Shown here: piece by piece, positions 60,301 through 64,000 of the stretch
How positions within the stretch are numbered: the stretch's first letter is position 1
How the letters are laid out: every line of letters starts with the position of its first letter
Assembly (NCBI RefSeq): GCF_006345805.1
Contig: NC_043007.1
Coordinates: 21,080,001 to 21,144,000 of the forward strand
DNA length: 64,000 nt
Direction of reading: 5' to 3'
Source: Octopus sinensis
Lineage: Eukaryota
Made by a program: the position numbers and the translations under genes
The notes under the pieces: generated by a model
Told to the model about the DNA's origin: nothing
The model's input: only the letters and a program-made list of their open reading frames with translations
The model's database searches: none

Positions 60301-62356
60301 ACTGAAAGAAGCCTGTCGTATATATGTATGTATATATGTGTGTGCGTGTATGTTTGTGTGTCTGTGTTTGTTCCCCTAGCATTGCTTGACAACCGATGCT
60401 GGTGTGTTTACGTCCCCGTCACATAGCGGTTCGGCATAAGAGACCGATAGAATAAGTACTGGGCTTACAAAGAATAAGTCCTGGGGTCGAGTTGCTTGAT
60501 TAAAGGCGGTGCTCCAGCATGGCCGCAGTCAAATGACTGAAACAAATAAAAGAATAACATCAAACCGTCTGGGTTTAGTAGTTAGGTTGTTACACTCGCA
60601 ACCACAAGATTGTAGCTTTGATTCTCAAAGACAACAAGAACAACAACAAATTCAGGCTTTTAAAAGAATGTAAGAAAACTGAAGAAAACTTTACACATTA
60701 TAGGTGATGCATTATGTTCTTGAGCAGAACACTTCATTTCACATTACTCCATTCCATTTACATTTAGATGAGTAACCTCTACGATGGACTAGCATCCTGT
60801 CCAGTGGGAAAAGGTTGTGATCTCATTCACTTATACAGCATGGAAACAAAGTCCTAGTACTTAAGACAGTAACATCCAGGGGTTGATAATGATGAGGAAA
60901 GGCGGTGAGCTGGCAGAAACGTTAGCACGCCAGGTGAAATGCATAGCCGTATTTCGTCTGCCATTACGTTCTGAGTTCAAATTCCGCCGAGGTCGACTTT
61001 GCCTTTCATCCTTTCGGGGTCGATTAAATAAGTACCAGTTTCGCACTGGGGGTCGATGTAATCGACTTAATCTGTTTGTCTGCCCTTGTTTGTCCCCTCT
61101 ATGTTTAGCCCCTTGTGGGTAGTAAAGAAACAGATAATGATGATTAAGAAGCTGTTTAGGAGGGCAGCAACTTGAAATAAGAAGTGATGTAGCTTTGGGG
61201 TAACTCATAAATTCTGTATGGGATAACCTCTGTGGTACCAGTGATATAATCAAATATACCTACCTGGAAAGGTTGGTGAAAGAAAGGGCATCCAGCCATA
61301 GAAACCTTGATAAAAACTTGAACATAAGAATAAGACACAAATTATAGGCCACATTATAGGCTTACTGTCTAAGATGGCTGTAATTCCAAATAACTGCTTC
61401 AGTATATAAAATAATAATGAAATTATTGTATACAGTGCTCAGGTGCACCACAACTTGTCAAAAGTGTGTAGAAAGCATATACAGTAAAGTGTCTGGAAAG
61501 TGAACAGTGTATGAGTCAGATACATGCTTGCGTGTGTATGGAGGAGAGAAAATCAGGTGTAGTGTTGGCGAATCTCAGGAAGCATGGAAGTTTTGAAGGA
61601 TGCAGTGCTCCGACTTTTGAAGGATGTATGTATATATAATAATAATAATGAAATTATTGTATACAGTGCTCAGATGCACCACAACTTGTCAAAAGTGCAT
61701 ATAAAGCATATACAGTAATGTACAAATGTCTGGGAAGTGAACAGTGTATGAGTCAGATACATGCTTGAGTGTGTATGGAGGGGAGAAAATCAGGTGTAGT
61801 GTTGGTGAATCTCAGAAAGCATGGAAGTTTTTAAGGATGCAGTGCTCCGACAACTAACAACTGATGCCGGCAGTTTATTCCATGCTTCAGCAACTCTTAG
61901 CATGAAAAAATGTTTCCGAAAGTCATGGGAGCTGTGCTGTTTTCTGACTTCGTAAACATGTCCATAAGAGGTTCACTTTAGTTCTCCTCCATTGAAGAAC
62001 CTTTCTAGAACTGATGGCATGAAGGAATACACCTGATCTACATTGTAAGACATAGAAAGCAACAATTCTTGGCTGATTTTGTTTGTTGCTGTGTGGGTGA
62101 GATGTACAATGACAATATATTGTAAGACCCAGTCAGCCCATGCCAGCACAGAAAAACAGAAGTAAATTTGTGTTAACGTTGTTAACATGAACAGTTTATC
62201 TTGTGCAGTAATGTACTTTTTTTAAAAAATACTTTTAGATTATCAACAAGCATACCAGACAGAACCAACATCAACAACAATACCACCACTATTATAGAGT
62301 ATAATTTTAGTATACCTCAACCATTAATGGAGAGAAAAGAGTCTCAGACATGTGTG
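50138..62356 (+). CDS. ANHX: SIX-domain + TALE-type homeodomain protein (ANHX-like); exons 50138-50338, 56686-56807, 58517-59406, 59861-60140, 62239-62356; probably continues beyond the window
   Basis: Phases match (0, 2, 1, 2). The spliced product reads ...IHEEKFYEAFELIENGTFTNPERFISLWDKAHYKLKEKEKGFPLTPLLRFRVRKKYPPPKSICPSGKRPSSNLPEHARQTLKQWFNKHADYPYPDEHEKKQLVEQSGLILSQVKTWFANTRRR. The symbol is by recalled similarity; the exon structure is more certain than the orthology. Confidence 0.72.
51535..52330. mobile_element. Composite fold-back/MITE nest
   Basis: Outer inverted arms (GATCCGCACCCGGTG...); inner truncated MITE flanked by the 8-mer GAGGGCTC; palindrome at 52112-52242. Confidence 0.7.
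52581..54304 (+). mobile_element. Merlin-superfamily DNA transposon; right TIR retained, left TIR lost; inserted into a SINE
   Basis: Right end ...CCGGGACCACTACAATAGACAAGTACC; the two halves of the host SINE flank it. Confidence 0.8.
52747..53631 (+). CDS. Merlin / IS1595 (ISXO2-like) DDE transposase, intact 294 aa
   Basis: N-terminal Cys/His Zn-ribbon (CSRC...CPTH), HTH-like region, VEIDES, KRKYNRGR, WVFGG, IHSDCW, VNHS, HTNSVECYW, YLDEFLW; no stops or frameshifts. Confidence 0.92.
   Translation: MLYEIESIVKDFDSIYSFLKDKKVLSSSSPICSRCQREMTLIKHNQEKVFRCPTHKGGKESIRRNSYLENSRLKLHDFIHIIYCWGNNLTITATIAMTGLSKCTVIQWFQYMRDICSNNLVNNPYQIGGVGKVVEIDESLMCKRKYNRGRTPQERWVFGGYDREEKKGFLLFVADRSSETLLPIIKKYIRPGTTIHSDCWAAYNGIAEMDVTPKYIHFTVNHSQNFVDLLTGVHTNSVECYWKNAKRKFKTMMGVHSTMVDSYLDEFLWKEQYGQNENDCVINILRHLSEWYKI
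54681..54898. mobile_element. Merlin-type MITE with long TIRs and 9-bp TSD AATTTCTTG
   Basis: TIR GGTACTACTTGAGAACAGTGGTCCCGG...; TSD at 54672-54680 and 54899-54907. Confidence 0.85.
56113..56497 (+). mobile_element. tRNA-derived SINE family D, young; also 4600-4987-, 35780-36083+, split copy 52357-52580/54305-54437-, related 20455-20790+
   Basis: Head GTGGAGGCGCAATGGCCCAGTGGTTAGGGCAGCGGACTC..GGTTTCGATTCCC. Confidence 0.88.
56686..56807 (+). CDS. ANHX-like exon 2, C-terminal half of the SIX domain (NGTFTNPERFISLWDKAHYKLKEKEKGFPLTPLLRFRVRK)
   Basis: LWxKAHY..EK..G.PL.....RVR.K is the SIX-domain hallmark; tttttacag acceptor and GTAAGT donor; absent from the ORF track. Confidence 0.9.
58517..59406 (+). 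CDS. ANHX-like exon 3, TALE homeodomain plus long low-complexity region
   Basis: HxxxPYP with three-residue loop extension; helix 3 WFANTRRR. Confidence 0.9.
59861..60140 (+). CDS. ANHX-like exon 4
   Basis: ctag acceptor in phase 1 with the donor at 59407; open frame; GTAAGT at 60141. Confidence 0.65.
61411..61965 (-). mobile_element. Two tandem CR1-type 3' fragments
   Basis: Collinear with 8943-9388. Confidence 0.8.
62239..62356 (+). CDS. ANHX-like putative exon 5
   Basis: ttttag acceptor, open in phase 2, GTAAGT donor. Confidence 0.45.
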
Positions 62357-63263
62357 GTAAGTAAAATCATCATCATTGTTTAATGTCCTCCCTCCATGCT
62401 GTTGTTGTTAAGCAACAAGATGGGTAAGGGTGATTAGGTAGTGGTCTAGGGCTTAGGGGCGGGAGACCCTAGACCTTGAAAAAAAAAAAAACTTTGGTCA
62501 TCTTGTTGGAGCCGAGGGCTCGTCGTTGATGTCCGACATCACTGGGAGGTGGCCCTTGAATTCGCTGGAAATGGAGATCTCCGGGTCCAATTTCTTGAAC
62601 AGCTCCCTCCATGCTCACATGGGTTGGACGGTTTGACAAGAGCCTGTGCCATGCTTCTGTGTCTCGTTTTGGCATGGTTTTTACCTCTGGATGCCCCCAG
62701 GAACAAATCAGTCTTTTATCTGAGTTTTTTGTTTGGATTGAAATGATTTTTTTTTTTTTGTTTTTGTTTTAAAGATAATATTTAAAATTTAACACTTATT
62801 GATAAGAAAATATAGGAAATCAATGAAGTTAAATTATTGATATATTTGTAACGAGTAAAACGCTCCCACCCCCATCCCGTCCAATGGACGGTGCTGAGTT
62901 GTCGAACATTCAAACCAAAATTTTCTCAAAACAACTTGTCTGACCGTCCCATTGGCCTCCCCCTTTTAGAAACACTGATTTAACCTAAATTTGAGACACC
63001 AGCCAAAGGAGAAATAACAGTTTGGATGTTGGGGAGGAGGGTTAAACACACACACAAACATACACACACACACACACATACATATATATACATATATACG
63101 ACGGGCTTCTTTCAGTTTCCATCTACCAAATCCACTCACAAGGCTTTCGTCGGCCCGAGGCTATAGTAGAAGACACTTGCCCAAGGTGCCATGCAGTGGG
63201 ACTGAACTCAGAACCATGTGGTTGGTAAGCAAGCTACCTACCACACAGCCACTCCTACGCCTA

Positions 63264-63335
<72 letters not shown>

Positions 63336-63714
63336 CATACATACATACATACACATACATATATATGACGGGCTTCTTTCAGTTTCCCTCTACCAAATCT
63401 ACTCACAAGCTACTTACCACACAGCCACACTCCTACTTGTTAATTTTTGTAAAGCTCAGTACTTATTCTATCAGTCTCGTTTGCCAAACCACTAAGTGAT
63501 TGGTCATCAAGTGGTTGTAGAGGACAAACATGTACACAAACACACGCACACATAATGGGACTGAACCTTCAGAATAACCAGAAGAACATCACAAGTCAAC
63601 ATCATAAGAATTTACAAACTTCAAAAAGACATGAAATGATTCCTCTTTGCAATGCAGGTTTCTGGGGGAAGTCTTTGCCTTTTTGCATCCTAAGAGTTTT
63701 TTTTAACTCAATAT

Positions 63715-64000
63715 TTACACAGGAACCCCTATCTTGCCCAGGATATTAATCGTCTGGAAGCCGTTCAGCAACGTGCAACCAAGAGAATACCCTCCATTAG
63801 CCATTTGCCATATTCTGAACGCCTTACTTCCCTGGGCATGGATACATTGAAATTCCGACATCTGGCAGCTGACTTGGCAGACACCCATAAAATTATTAAT
63901 CATCTTACAAACAATAACTCTGAGCACCTCTTCAAACTCCACCTGTCTAACACCCATGGACATGTTTACAAAGTCAGAAAACAGCACAGCTTGCATGACT
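63715..64000 (+). mobile_element. CR1-type LINE fragment running off the window
   Basis: LEAVQQRATKRIP.I.HLPY.ERLTSLGMDTL. Confidence 0.85.

Overview
AT-rich, repeat-dense animal DNA. The SINE/LINE/MITE repertoire looks octopod (inference). Three protein-coding genes were reconstructed by hand from splice signals and frame continuity. (1) A 16-exon LRGUK (leucine-rich repeats + guanylate-kinase-like domain, about 762 aa) on + at 5836-37225. It has a perfect RFX X-box in its promoter, one U12-type (minor spliceosome) intron and a Walker-A Lys->Asn change. (2) DCLRE1B/Apollo (SNM1B) on - at 39899-42130, with an uninterrupted CDS. (3) A split homeobox gene on + (50138 to at least 62356) that fuses a SIX domain to a TALE-type, Ala50 homeodomain, an ANHX-like architecture. 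The ORF track shows only its homeodomain exon. Intron 1 of gene 3 holds an intact Merlin/IS1595-type DDE transposase inserted into a young SINE, and several MITEs in the window share its terminal architecture. Other contents: non-autonomous Helitrons, piggyBac MITEs, mariner/Penelope/CR1/RTE relics, Penelope-type minimal hammerhead ribozyme motifs, four tRNA-derived SINE families, and many micro- and minisatellites. Most ORFs in the supplied track are repeat artefacts. No true tRNA, rRNA or CRISPR array was seen. All homology statements are from memory of the families, not from searches.
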